Shown here one piece after another: positions 26,150 through 40,453 of a stretch of DNA of 64,000 nucleotides. The position numbers and the translations under genes are program-made. The notes below the pieces were generated by a model. The model was not told the DNA's origin. It saw only the letters and a list, made by a program, of their open reading frames with translations, and did not search any database. Numbering within the stretch: the first letter of the stretch is position 1; each line of letters begins with the position of its first letter. The stretch comes from Octopus vulgaris (Eukaryota). The stretch covers positions 82,088,001 through 82,152,000 of the forward strand of contig OX597817.1 of the NCBI GenBank assembly GCA_951406725.2. Direction: 5' to 3'.

Positions 26150-26557
26150 CTAGAAAGGGAATATGAAAAACGAAATAGTAAGAAGGAAAACAAAATAGTA
26201 AATATAGGAGTAAACTGGTAATTAATGCTAAAATTTATAAATAATCAACAGTTGATAATTTTGATAATTGCTATTTGTATAAATATTCATTAATTAAAAA
26301 CTTATAAAAATGAATTAATATGAAAATAACGAATGATGTTATTTGCAAGATTAACGGGTCCATTAAAGTTAAGGAAGTTAAGGAAGTTATTAAAACTTGA
26401 AACCCATCTGTAACTTTTGAGACACCCTGAACAAGTACCTATGTATACGCATACACCTTCTCCACTATATATATGTATATATATATATATACACACATAC
26501 ATACATGCATACATACATACATACATACATACATACATACATACATACATACATACA

Positions 26558-26604
<47 letters not shown>

Positions 26605-26967
26605 ATTATCGACCGCACATATACAATGCATGTGCTTTGCTGGTTCACTGCGGGATGAGTCTTTCATAATACTGGGTGTTAAGCACCTGGAAGTTATGGC
26701 CAGGTGTGACAACTCTCCTCTGATTCCCTTCAGGAGTGATGGATACCGATATTTCGCCTTTTTTTGTGACGTATCAACATCACGTGCCCGAATCAAACCG
26801 GGGACGAGTCGAATCACCAGTCTATAACTATATAGAAATAGTATAAGAACCATTCGCTGGTATGCCATACGTACGACTAAATTCAATTATGAATTCAAAG
26901 CGGCGCTAATATTGTGAACATTTTCAATCGCACATACTTATTAAATGTGTTTTGCTTGTTCATCTCA

Positions 26968-27025
<58 letters not shown>

Positions 27026-27221
27026 CAAAAAATGTATCAAATAGTGGTTCGGCAAAAGAGAACGATAGAATAAGTACTAGGCTTACAAAGAATAACAAAT
27101 TTACAATTATTTAAGGTGTGTATACATTTTTTGGGGAGAGTTTACGAAAAAACAAAAGACGAAGACAGGTGGTGTACAAAACAAACAGATGTATTAGTAT
27201 AACGCTCAGGAATAGAAAAAG

Positions 27222-27259
27222 TCTTTTACGTTTCGAGCCTACGCTCTTCTACAGAAAGA
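27222..27259 (-). ncRNA. Minimal hammerhead-like motif with variant core
   Basis: UCUUU-CUGUAGAA-GAGC(GUAG)GCUC-GAAA-CG-UA-AAAGA. Stem III is replaced by the palindrome ACGU; A6 appears as U. Confidence 0.5.
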
Positions 27260-27318
27260 GACACAGAAAAAACAAGGAGAGAAACATATATATGTATGTG
27301 AGAAACAGGGAGAGATAC

Positions 27319-27351
<33 letters not shown>

Positions 27352-28099
27352 TGTATGTATGTATGTATGTATGTATGTATGAATATATAAGTACGTGTAT
27401 CCTTGCGTGTGTATGATTATGTTCTTATATACAAGAACATCCGTTCTCATGGTAGTGTTTAGATCAGTGAAAACTAGTACTGTGTTTAATTTATATTCCT
27501 TTCACGCCCCATATCCTAATGGTTCCATAAACAAAGATCGCAAAGAAAATAATAAATTACAAATGACGCTCTCGATGTGGATCGAACCGCTCTCGTCATT
27601 ATTACTCATCATTAGATTTGTTGTGATTATCGCTCGCAAATTTCTGTTTTGATTTTTATGCGTATCAGAACGAACCTAAAAACACAGAAATCGGCTAGTC
27701 GACCAGTTTTGTCTCCGTATCTACATAGCAATTGTAATTATAGTAACTAGTAATAAAATAATCAAACGGTAGCGAAGCACGTTCAATACAATTCAAGTGA
27801 TACGTACTAGCCATAAGTGCAATAACGTAATTTCATGTAGATACCATTCTAGGCAATCTAGTTTAGTCACGTTTAAATTAACAACGAAAAACTCAGGAAG
27901 GTGAGAAGATATTGTTATAGAGTTCATTACAGTTCTATCAATATTCTATGGGAACCTACCGTGATTCAACTGTTTGACTTTCGAAATTGATTTATGTACA
28001 ATTTTGATATGAGAATCAGATCAGTAATCTAAAGGTTAGATACAATATATAACAACATTTAACATAGATGGTGATTAGCAAACTTGTATGAATGAATGA

Positions 28100-28840
28100 A
28101 TGTATGTATGGAGAGTTAGCTAAAGGAGAACGACCTCCACATAAACCAAAAAAGAGGTATAAGGACTTGCTGAAGGCTTCCTTAAGAGATGCTTGCATCT
28201 CTCCTGACACATGGGAAGGCATAGCTATTGATCGTAGCAGGTGGAGAAGGATTGTGCACGAGGGGACAACCACTTTTGAGAAATCTCGAGTTGCACATGA
28301 GAAAGTAAGGAGGGATGTCAGGAAGGGCATCGCTGTTACACTTCCAGATGGGAAAGGTCTTCCTATGATGCTGACATGCAGTGTCTGTGCAAGACCCTGC
28401 CTCAGTATACCTGGTCTCAAGAGTCATCTTCGTAGTCATAAAGCGAGACAGATGAGTGACAACCTGGCCACTGGTGGTGGTGTTATACACCATACTAATC
28501 ATATCTCTCAGGCATGTGGAAAAGAGTGTAATTCGGCAGGAGGACTTAAACGACATGCAAAGGTACATGAAGCCCAGTTACAACTACAGCCGGCTATTAC
28601 CGGTAAAGGTTTTAGTTGCCAATTCTGTACAAGACATTGTAGATATTTGGCTGGTCTAAAAAGTCACATTCGATCACAGCACCAGCTTCATGAAATGGCC
28701 ATACCCGATAACGAGGGGGCAGCCATAATTTATGTATGTATGTATGTATGTATGTATGTATGTATGTATGTATGTATGTATGTATGTATGTATGTATGTA
28801 TGTATGTATGTATGTATGTATGTATGTATGTATGTATGTA
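28100..28840 (+). mobile_element. RTE-clade LINE 3' fragment with C2H2 zinc fingers and (TATG)n tail
   Basis: YGEL..G.R....PKKRYKD.LK..L......WE..A.DR..WR (typical RTE post-RT segment), then three C2H2-like fingers and a microsatellite tail. Confidence 0.8.
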
Positions 28841-28899
28841 TGCATGTATGTATGCGTGTGTGTTTGTGTGTGTGTCTGTGTATATGTCTCTTTTACTGT

Positions 28900-29298
28900 T
28901 TTACTCTTTTACTTGTTTCAGTCATTTGACTGTGGCCATTCTGGAGCACCGCCTTTTGTCGAGCAAATCGACCACAGGGATTATTCTTTGTAAGCCAAGT
29001 ACTTATTCTATCGGTCTCTTTTGCCGAACCGCTAAGTTACGGGGACGTAAACACACCAGCATCGGTTGTCAGCGATGTTGGGGGGACAAACACAGACACA
29101 CAAACGTATACACTTACACACATACATATATATATACATATATACGACGGGCTTCATTCAGTTTCCGTCTGCCAAATCCACTCACAAGGCTTTGGTCGTC
29201 CCGAGGCTATAGTAGGAGACACTTGCCCAAGGTGCCACGCAGTGGGACTGAACCCGGAACCATGTGGCTTGTAAGCAAGCTACTCACCACACAGCCAC
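28900..29298 (-). mobile_element. tRNA-derived SINE, family A
   Basis: Well-conserved full copy; source of the recurring RRASFSFRLPNP pseudo-ORF. Confidence 0.8.
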
Positions 29299-29423
29299 TC
29301 GATTTGATAAAACGTTATATTTTCTGACATCCAAAATATTTGGTATGATTGCCGTTTGCCATCTCTATCAATCCTAACGCAGAGGAAGATTACTTGAGAT
29401 AATACACACACACACACATACGC

Positions 29424-29464
<41 letters not shown>

Positions 29465-29543
29465 CACACACACACACTACACACACACACACGTACGCAC
29501 GGACGCACACACATATATACACACACGCACACACATGTGCATA

Positions 29544-30186
<643 letters not shown>

Positions 30187-30224
30187 TATGTGTGTGTGTG
30201 TGTTAATCTCTCTGCCTCTCTTAT

Positions 30225-30638
30225 CTTTTACTAGTTTCAGTCATTGGAGTGCGCCCAGGAGTTATTTTAAAATCCAGTCACTCATTCTATCGGCGTCTTT
30301 TGCTGAACCACCAAGTTATGGAGACGTAAACAAACCAACACTGGTTGTCAAGCGGTGGTGGAGGACATGCAAATGCACACGCACACACACATACACATAC
30401 ACACACACGCACACACGCACGCACGCACACACACAAACACTCTCACACACACACACACACTCTCACACATATATATGATAGGCTCCTTTCTGCTTCCGCC
30501 TAGCAAATCTACTCAAATGGTTTTGGTTATCCCGAGGTTATAATAGGAATCACTTGCGCAAGGTGCCACGCAATAGGACTGAACTCGGAACCATGTAATT
30601 GGGAAGCAAAACTTCTTGCCGCACAATCACACATGCGC
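30225..30638 (-). mobile_element. tRNA-derived SINE, family A
   Basis: Diverged copy with an internal (CA)n tract. Confidence 0.65.
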
Positions 30639-31410
30639 TTTTTGGCTTAAACCTATAAACCTTATTTTATAGAGTTGGGCTTCAAAGCATCTGCTGTACA
30701 GGCTGCTCTGAATTATATCTTTTAGCTCATTTTCGATTAGATTAAACAAATTACGAATGTTATAAATGACTTCTAACCATTTTGAATAGGTTTAAGCCCG
30801 TTGAGTTTTGGAGATAAAGTTGGAAAATTCTCGTGATAACGACGGTTATTGAGCCGGAAACAAGTATCGATGAATGTCTTATATCCAAACAATAAAACTG
30901 GTCTTTTCCTCAATGGCATGTCGTCTTTGGAGAATCCTCAAGCCTTACATTATCTCCCCCTTCTCAAGTGGAACTGGTCTGAGTTGTATATATACGACAG
31001 GCTCCCACACAATTGTATATATAAAGGTTAGAATTTCTTCCATTCTTTTCATTCTAGTGCTTTATCGGCGTACCTTTAGAATTATTTTTTCGTGGTTGCG
31101 CTCAACTGTCCTTTTCAGCGTGTAAGAAGTCCTGCCATGGTTCATCTTTGTGTATATATCTTTATACACCCTTATTTATGTACGCATGCGAATTACTGGT
31201 AATAAATTATTCTAATTTTTTGCCCTTATGATTTACACATTAAACTTTGTAATTCTGCGGTTTATAGTACGCAGTTTTAAAAATTTATTATTTTCTTCCT
31301 GTTATGTGAGTGTACCCGATCACTTGATTTATATCCATAATGCTACAAGGATGATCTGGCACGTGTTTTTTCGGGACGTATTATTGCTACATAATTATGC
31401 TTTCTTTAGC

Positions 31411-31482
31411 GATCCCACTGATGAACTACTGATGACAAATTAATTTATTTGCTCATTAATAGGGAAACTCAAGTATGGGATT
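31411..31482 (+). ncRNA. Type I hammerhead ribozyme, probably partly decayed
   Basis: Stem I GAUCCCA/UGGGAUU; CUGAUGA; long stem II with an A-G mismatch at its base; GAAA; short stem III CUCAAG; GUA triplet. Lies in a diverged direct repeat with period of about 455 bp. Confidence 0.7.
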
Positions 31483-32274
31483 AACTAAAAATAATAATTC
31501 CTTTCATTCTACTGTTTTATCGGCGTGACTTCAGAATTAAGCCTTCGCATGCGAACTACTGGTAATAAATTATTTTAATTTTTCCCCCTTATGATTTACA
31601 CAGTGTATATATATATATATATAGTTCGCATATATATATATATATAGTCAGTCGCCATATCACAGTGGCTGTTCCATGTTGCTACTAGTTTAACCCCATG
31701 CAGATTTTCTGCCAGCTGGTTATCGGTGTGACGCTGTACTCATTCTATACAATATATATTGCTAGCAAGGGGAGCGAACCCCTATCACCCTCTAGCAGGT
31801 AATATACACACACATACACGTACGCACGTACATACAGACATATTTGTGTTATTATGAATATATAATTTTATTAATTATTAAATGATAAAAAGGAACAGGT
31901 GTTATATTCAGGAACAGGTGTTATATTAGCCGCTTTCAATAGAGCTATTTAACTTCATATTGAATGTTTATGAGCCGCTGATATTCGATGAATATTCACA
32001 CAATCAAACATAATTGAAGCTTACAAAGACCGGTTGAAATTTCATGCTGGTATTGTGTGCAACTGCATGTTTGCAAATGGCTGAGTTTTTGTAATATAGT
32101 AAATACATAAGTATTCAGTTGTTAAAAATATCCATTAACTTTATGCGAAAATTAATGGACTGAGGTAGATTCACAGTGTTAAATATAAGGAGTTATAATG
32201 AGAAAATGGAAATATCTTATAAATATAGATATAGGTGATTAATAAATAAAATAGTTATAAAATATCAGATTTAC

Positions 32275-32304
32275 TTATTGCTGGTTCCGTTGGAATAATC
32301 TGGG
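32275..32304 (-). CDS. Multi-VWA protein linker microexon (AQIIPTEPAI)
   Basis: tttttcag|CC CAG ATT ATT CCA ACG GAA CCA GCA ATA A|gtaaat; 30 nt, phase 1-1. Confidence 0.8.
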   Translation of the reverse strand, partial: PRLFQRNQQ

Positions 32305-33681
32305 CTGAAAAACAAAGAAAAAAACAAAATAAAACAAAAAATAATAAATTTAAAAATACATGCGTTTATGGAGAAACTATATAGCAATAAAAATAATAAT
32401 CATTTGTATAATAGGCACAAAGTCTGATATTTTGGGGTAGAGGTTAAGTCAATCACATCGACCATAGAACTCATTTTATCGACCCCCGAAGGGATAAAGG
32501 AAAGGACATAGTTGGTACTTAATTTATCGACCCCGAAAGATGAAAGGTTAAGTCAACCTCGGTGAAATTTGAACTGAGAACGTAGCAGCAGACGAAATAC
32601 CGCTAAGCATACCGCCCAGCATACTAACGATTCTGCCAGGTAGCCGCCCTACGACAATAACAGCAACAACAAAAACTACTACTACTACTACTACTACTAC
32701 TACTGTCACCGAGGTCAAAGTTGTTTAATCCCGCCAATGGTCGATAAAATAAGTACCATTTAAGCACTTGCGTCCATATAGTAAAATTTCCGCCCCTTAA
32801 AATTTCTGGCCTTGTGCCCAAATTAGAATTAGTAGTAGTAATAATAATGGTGATAATAGCAATAACAACAACAGCAAATATTTGCCCAATACCACAGATT
32901 TGTTTGTTATTTGCTTGACTGTAACCATTAGGGCATCTCTGATCACAAGTAGGAGTAGTGGGAGAGCATCAAAGCTATGCGTTGAGAAGGATTCTTTGGG
33001 GTTTGAATCATTCACCCCTGAAAAGATGGGTTTTCGTTCAACATCCTTAAAAAGCCTTTATTCAGGAACTTTTTGAGAAGGCTACTCAACCTTACAAAAA
33101 CTCTAACTGGGCCCACATGCAAGGTCATGCACTGTTTTTCTTGATACGAGGTCACCATGTCGTGCAATTTCAGTTGTGATGCATGTGCCTGGTGCACCCT
33201 TATGAAACGAGTAGTCATGATGGGTATACTAGGCTTCGTATTTGTACTCCAGTGTCACTTTGATGGCATGCGCTGCTCTCTCACTCAATAATAATAAAAC
33301 GGAAAAAAACTACTGGTGGCCTGCATCAGCAAGATTTGTATTAATTAAAAAAATCGGCAGAAAGAGTGGAGTGCAATTGAGGAAAAAGTTGGTCAGAGTG
33401 AAGTTAAAGACAGTAGGGTTTAGCATCATGTGTATTTGTGTTGCAGTCAGTTATTTAAGATTACAAGATGTAAAACTTTGCGTGGAAAGTTTTCCTACTC
33501 TTTACGCAGTCTTCCCAACTGACTTAGTGCTGAACAACAATAACAACAGCAGCAAGAACAACAACAATTCCAACAGCAGTATTACATATTATTCATATAT
33601 TAGCATATTTTACCTATATTTCATTAAATTCCTCATGTAACACAGGAAATATAAGTAGATATCAATTGTTCGTTTACCTAC

Positions 33682-34242
33682 CTTCACAAGTTTTTATGGC
33701 CAGGTTTTTCTTGATGTTTTCTAGAGCCTTAAAGTTAGTCACTGTGAAGATATGAGATTTATCTGAGGCTATAGATTCAAGTTCTGATTGGCGTACATTT
33801 GATCCAACACCAATTGAGAACACTGCAGTGCCTGTATTCTTCAACTGTAACGCAGCATCGGTGGTTTGAATCGGATTGTCAGAATTTCCGTCTGTAATAA
33901 CAATGGCAATGTTAGGAGCCCCACTTCGATCACCATGAGGGGGTTGAAAGCTGATTGTTCTAGCACGAGTTAGAGCATTTGCAGTGTTTGTGGAGCCAGT
34001 AACTCGCGAGATTTGTCCTATAGCTTTCAGTAAGGCGGCCTTGTCGAAATATTTGTCGAGATGAAATTTTTCAACGGTACCTCCAGAAAATATACTAACT
34101 GCAACTCGCACCGTACTATTGCCAATATCGAAACCTTTTACCATTTCTTTAACAAAAGTAATCATTCTAAGAAAGTCAGGATTTGCTACACTTCCGGATG
34201 AATCCAGAATGAAGAGAATGTCAGCCATTGATACATTACAAT
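33682..34242 (-). CDS. Multi-VWA protein exon: VWA domain 2
   Basis: tctttcag|AT TGT AAT ... TGT GAA G|gtaggt; 561 nt, phase 1-1; DSSGS, TNT and TDG motifs. Confidence 0.93.
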
Positions 34243-35727
34243 CTGAAAGAAAATAAAGTACATACTAACGTAGAGTTAAACGGAAATGATTATTCTTGTT
34301 TTACTACGAACAAAGCAAAAGAAAATATTATATTGTAATGTTCATACCTTTTCGAAGAATATCACCTAGTGTAAAAGCAGTGAAACGATTTCAATATCTT
34401 CTCGAAACAACAGGCTAAAAGGAGGGATTCGTTAGATGATGGGTTTCTAGAGAAACTGTGACTGAGAAAAAAATAGACGGGAATGTTGCACTTGAAGCGT
34501 CTTTGTTAACTAATTGGCTCGATATGGACGCACTGGTTGGAGTGTCAACAATAATACCATCAACAACATGGCACTCCTCCAATAATAAGAAGGCTCTGCA
34601 AGACGGCAATTATAGCAAGGCTGCACTAAGCAGGAAACAAAACTTGATTACGTAACATGAAGTTGATTGGCAGAGATTTTAGAGCGTCGAACCAAATGAT
34701 GCGGCATTATTCTAGCACCTCGCATTCTGAGTTCAAATCCCGTCGAAGTCAACCTTACTTCTCCCCTTCTGGGGCCGATAAATAACTTATCCTTATAGGA
34801 AGTTGGGCTGACAGAAATTTCAGAGCAGATGCTTTGTAGTATATTTTCTGATTCGTTGATTTCTAAGTTCAAATGTAGCTGACGTTAATCCATTGCCTGC
34901 CATAAGTCCCATTTGTGGATCTGTTAAAAACAACCTCTCTGCCGATTGCTCCTTGTATTTAAAGTGAATTGCTTATGTACATTGCATTTGCAGAGGTGTG
35001 TTTAACAATATTTAGTAGTTAAAGTTCGGCATTTTTAGCTCTGGCTAATTCTAGAGGACATTTTATGTCATAAATCGCAATTTTTGAGCCACAGAAATAT
35101 TGATTGCTTTGAAAACGTTGTTTTTTTTTTACATTTCCCATCTATATCATTCATTGATATTTCATACACATTCACATTTGATACTATAGTTTCAAAAAGC
35201 CCCTAAAATGTCTATTATTGCAATTGAATAGAAAAGGATAAATATGCTTTTTTTCAACGATCCCCATTTGGGACTTTTCGAAAAATTTATAATTTCCAAA
35301 ATAATTCACATATGAAGAAAATTTCAATACTATATATTATTTTAACCCCTAAGACACTTGGCAAAGCCAAAAAATATGAGTATAAATTTGGCAGCTAATG
35401 GGTTAAAGTGGTTGAATTAGTTCGTCTTTCGGTTTAACATCATCATCGGCTCCTTTTGTATATTAAGCGGGAGACATTTCTGGTTTTAGCCTCTGGGCTA
35501 GGTCTGAGGTTACGTTCCTTCTATACTCTCGTTCATCAGTTTCGGAGGACCTGTAAACGCTCATGGGCATATTGCTTTCCATGTAATTAAAATATAATAC
35601 ATTGTAAAAGAGAAACGGGCAAGAAAGAGAGGTACACATAAATAAACTGCAAAAAGGGAAAATTTGGTGGTAATAGAGGAAGGAGAGAGAGGAGAACCAA
35701 GGAAGGGGAAATTTTGTAAGTACTTAC

Positions 35728-35769
35728 CTGGTGCATCTGTCGGAATAATTGTTGGAATAATTTTCTGAG
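35728..35769 (-). CDS. Multi-VWA protein linker microexon (AQKIIPTIIPTDAP)
   Basis: tatttcag|...CCAG|gtaagt; 42 nt, phase 1-1, Pro/Thr-rich and similar to the other linkers. Confidence 0.85.
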
Positions 35770-36050
35770 CTGAAATAGAACGAAATGTAAAAATTTTGAG
35801 TTAATAACAATATGAAAATTAACCCAATTCTGAAAACATTCGCATCACGTCACCTACTGTAATTTTTTTGGTGGTCATAATATTTTACAGTAATACATTA
35901 TGGTACCATATATACTAATATCAATATATATCCACACAAACACTAATACATTGTGAGTACGCGTATGAACATATATATATATATATGTATACACACGCGC
36001 ACACACATATATACATATATACAAATACCATCTACATACATACGTACATG

Positions 36051-36151
<101 letters not shown>

Positions 36152-37081
36152 CAGCGACGGAAGCAGTATTTGTTCAGAACAGCACTCTATATATCTTACT
36201 TGATGTGGATATACCATCGAAAACCACAAAACTGTAGTATTCATCTTGATAAATCTTCTAGTGTAGATGTAACAAACCATGTAAGTTTTGCTTAGATGAG
36301 AAGGCAAGAATCTTAAAAAGCTTGCTCGACCCATTTAAACTCCCGGAAAGAAGTATATAATCAATGCCCACATTTCAAACGATTCTTACTCCAGACTTGG
36401 AATTCCTCATCCGTTGAATATTCCCGCCACAGCTCCTTCGAATATTACCATGACCGGAGCCAGTATGAAGGGGATATTTTGTTTCCAAAATCAACTGACA
36501 GTTACATATTTCTTCCTCCTGTTGTAGGGAGATTATGCGCCTTTACCCATTTGAGTCCGATGTCACCTTATACTTCTAAGTGCTACAGTAGTGCGAAACC
36601 AGTGGTCACTCTATGACCGGCCATAACTTTTAACTTCATATTACATACACACACGTACGCACATCCCCTCACACACTATATACTGTTAAGCAACAGAGTT
36701 CCGCCGGTTTCGACAATGAAGTTTGTGTTTCACTCAGCTAACGTACCTGCTAAATTGGAAAACTCTGAACGTGGCTGAATATGCAGATGCCCTTCGTAGA
36801 CAGTTAAATGGTGAATAATATTTGCTGAAGACATAATGCAGTAACATCGACACCGAGACCTCCTGAACGAGGAGCGAGCATCTTACACATTTGGCTACAC
36901 TTTCACCAACAACAACTGCAATAATGCACATACACAGGTACGTTGTTACGGGGTTCGCTTTGCAACATGAGTTCTTGCGTTCGTTCCAACAACATGGTAT
37001 TTTGGGAAAGTATTATTGTTATATGACATTGAATTAATCCACACGGGTTGAGAGAAATTGGGAAGACGGAACTGTGTACAT

Positions 37082-37221
37082 GTAATTCTAAGGTACGTCC
37101 ATGTCACATGGCGTCAAGTTGTTCCTCTTAATTAGGGTTAGGGTTAGGGGAACACTTGACCCTAACCCCAATTAAGAGGAACAATTTGACGCCATGTGAC
37201 ACGGACGTACCTTAGAATTAC
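37082..37221. repeat. Palindromic MITE-like element with internal TTAGGG repeats
   Basis: Arms of about 50 bp around (TTAGGG)3 ... CCCTAACCCC. Confidence 0.85.
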
Positions 37222-37295
37222 TTTGGTCACTAATTCAGTAAGTCAGTTAATCGAAATCCTTGAGGCACATAAGTCAAACAACAGAATACACACAC

Positions 37296-37390
<95 letters not shown>

Positions 37391-37404
37391 TGTATGTATG
37401 TATG

Positions 37405-37468
<64 letters not shown>

Positions 37469-37471
<3 letters not shown>

Positions 37472-38635
37472 GGTGTCCAGAAAAATGTATGCACTCTTTA
37501 CCAGCTGATAACTCAATTGATGATTTTTCTTTCCAGATTAAACTGATTGAAATTAATGATGCACTCAGACTAAGCTTTGAACAAAGGAAATTCATTCTAA
37601 AATGTTGCTTGAAGTGTGAAAACGCAGTTGAAGTGCAAAAACAGTTTAGAAGGGAGTTTCAAACCCATCCACCAACACGACTCACCGCCACTCGAATTAG
37701 AGATAAGTTTGAAGCCGATGGAACTGTTCAGAATGTCCACGAGAAGCGTTCCGGAAGACCACGAACATCGAGAACCCCCACAAAGTAAGAAGGAGTGCTG
37801 GAAAGGTATGACCAAAGTCCAAGAAAATCTGTGCAGCAAGCAAGTCGTGAGGTAGGTATTCCAAAATCGTCTGCCCAATGCATTTTGAAGCGTTGTCAAT
37901 AGAAAAGTTACTTTCCAAGATTAGTCCATGCTATTAATGACGTTGATCCAGACTGAGATGTGCAGTATTGCGTGTGGTACTTGGCACGATGTGTAGAAGA
38001 AGCACACTTTCCAACAAAGATTGTGTGGGGTGATGAGGCTACATTCAATTCATTTAACCGGTACAATTGCACCTACTGGAGACCTGAGAATTCGCACGTT
38101 ATGGTGGAATACCATGTCAATTTACCAGGAGTTACAGTGTGATGTGGTTTATCGTCAAAGGGATTAATTGGATCATTCTTTTTTGACGCTACTGTAATTG
38201 GTCCCGTTTACTTGAACTTGCTGCAACAGTCTGTCATGCCAAGCATTAGAGAAGATGAGGAGTTTTATTTTCAGCAAGATGGGGCACCTCCACACTACCA
38301 TTGCGGATCCTTTGAATACCCTCCGCGTTAACCAGACCTCAGATCACAAGACTTTTTTATGGGGATACTTAAAAGATAAAGTCTAAGCTATGAAACCTGC
38401 AACAGTAGCTGATTTGAGAGCAGCCATTGAACGAGAATGCACACAAATACCAAACGATTTGTTTCGTGATGTTTGCGATTCTATTGTTTCGCGTTGTCAG
38501 CAGGTTGAAAACAGGCGTTGGAAAAAAAATTAATTAATGTCTGTAGATTCTATTAAATTTTGAAAATGAAATGTATTTTGATAAACCTATTTTACAATTA
38601 TTTAAAGTGTGTATACATTTTGTTGGAACACACTA
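37469..38635 (+). mobile_element. Decayed Tc1/mariner-superfamily DNA transposon
   Basis: TA|CAGGGTGTCC... with an imperfect inverted end at about 38603-38635. Transposase remnants ([11 protein letters not shown]...[35 protein letters not shown]) carry stops and frameshifts. Confidence 0.88.
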
Positions 38636-38729
38636 CAAATATGCATATGGGATTTCTTTCCATAAATTCACAAAACATCATAAACAAGTATATATATATA
38701 TATATATATATATACTTTTATATTTCATA

Positions 38730-39026
38730 TTTGACTGCGGCCATACGGGGACGTAAACACACCAGCATCGGTTGTCAAGCAATGCTAGGGGGACAAACAC
38801 AGACACACAAACATACATATATATATATACATACATACGACAGGCTTCTTTCAGTTTCCGTCTACCAAATCCACTCACAAGGCTTTGGTCGGCCCGAGGC
38901 TATAGTAGAAGACATTTGCCCAAGATGCCACGCAGTGGGACTGAACCCGGAACCATAACCATGTAGTTCATAAGCAAGCTACTTACCACACAGTCACTCC
39001 TGCGCCTATACACAGCCACTCCTGCG

Positions 39027-39028
<2 letters not shown>
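38730..39028 (-). mobile_element. tRNA-derived SINE, family A
   Basis: Copy with a locally duplicated 5' head (CACAG[T/C]CACTCCTGCGCCTATA twice). Confidence 0.75.
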
Positions 39029-39074
<46 letters not shown>

Positions 39075-39443
39075 CATATATATACATAAACATACACACA
39101 CACACACACATATATATATCTATACACATATACACACACATATATTTGTTTTGGAATGGAGACACTCGAAGCAGATACAGCTATAAATAATTGCGTGCAA
39201 ATGTGCTGGAAACACTATGGATAGAAAAGTCACCTATATGTATGTATACATAGATACACACACACATACACACACATATATATATGTACTTATGTGGAGG
39301 TGAGAGCTGTGTATGTATATATGCATTTATACTCATACGCACGCATAGATATATACAGGTGTATATTTTCAATTATAAATCTTTGTCATTGAGCGATATA
39401 GTACTGTAATGAAAAATGTATTATTATTGGTATTATTATTATA

Positions 39444-39502
<59 letters not shown>

Positions 39503-39846
39503 CATCATCATCATTATTATTTGTAAGACAATATGAAACTGCTATTATAGTGGTGAAATCTCATTAATAATAAGTGGAAACAATTATTCTTACTCACTAC
39601 TCGTCTCCAAACATTATTCTTACTACCTGTCTGCAATAATTTATATGTAGTTTGGCTACTGACGAAGGAATTGCTTTCGTTGCTTGTGTTTTTGTGTGTA
39701 TACGCACTTGCCTGCATAAGTTTATACGCTCTTGCTTGTATACGTGTATATGCGGAAATATGTGTTTGTGTACTACTTATAACTTGTGAAATATATCTCA
39801 ATATTCTTGGCCTTCTTCACCGTTATCGTCATCGTCATCATCATTA

Positions 39847-39961
39847 TCCTCCTCCTCCTCCTCCTCCTCTTCTTCTTCTTCTTCTTCTTCTTCTTCTTCT
39901 TCTTCTTCTTCTTCTTCTTCTTCTTCTTCTTCTTCTTCTTCTTCTTCTTCTTCTTCTTCTT
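39847..39961. repeat. (CCT)n(CTT)n microsatellite, representative of many (TA)n, (CA)n, (TATC)n, (TATG)n and (TAA)n tracts
   Basis: Directly visible; such tracts explain most of the low-complexity ORFs in the supplied track. Confidence 0.95.
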
Positions 39962-40084
39962 GAAAAATTGCTCAGCACTTTTACTGAGTTAAAATTTCGC
40001 AGAGGTCGACTTTGTCTTACAGCCTTCGGGATCGATAAAATAGGCATTAGTTGAGGTCAAAATTTTTGTGGGTTACTCTTTTAC

Positions 40085-40453
40085 TTTTTGGAGCAACGCC
40101 TTTAGTCGAGCAAATCGAACCCAGGACTTATTCTTTGTAAGCCTAGTGCTTATTCTATCGGACTCTTTTTGCCGAACCACTAAGTTACAGGGACGTAAAC
40201 ACACCAGCATCGGTTGTCAAGCGATGTTGGGGGGACAAACACAGACACACAAACATACATACACACACACACACACACACATATATATACGACGGGTTTC
40301 TTTCAGTTTCCGTCTACCAAATCCACTCACAAGGCTTTGGTCGGCCCGAGGCTATAGAAAAAGACACTTGCCCAAGGTTCCGCGCAGTGGAACTGAACCC
40401 GGAACCATGTGGTTTGTAAGCAAGCTACTTATCACACAGCCACTCCTACGCCT
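40085..40453 (-). mobile_element. tRNA-derived SINE, family A
   Basis: Near-full-length copy. Confidence 0.78.

Noticed and set aside
28092-29327. 411-aa ORF as a host zinc-finger gene
   Set aside because: It is a read-through of a LINE tail, a (TATG)n microsatellite and an antisense SINE.
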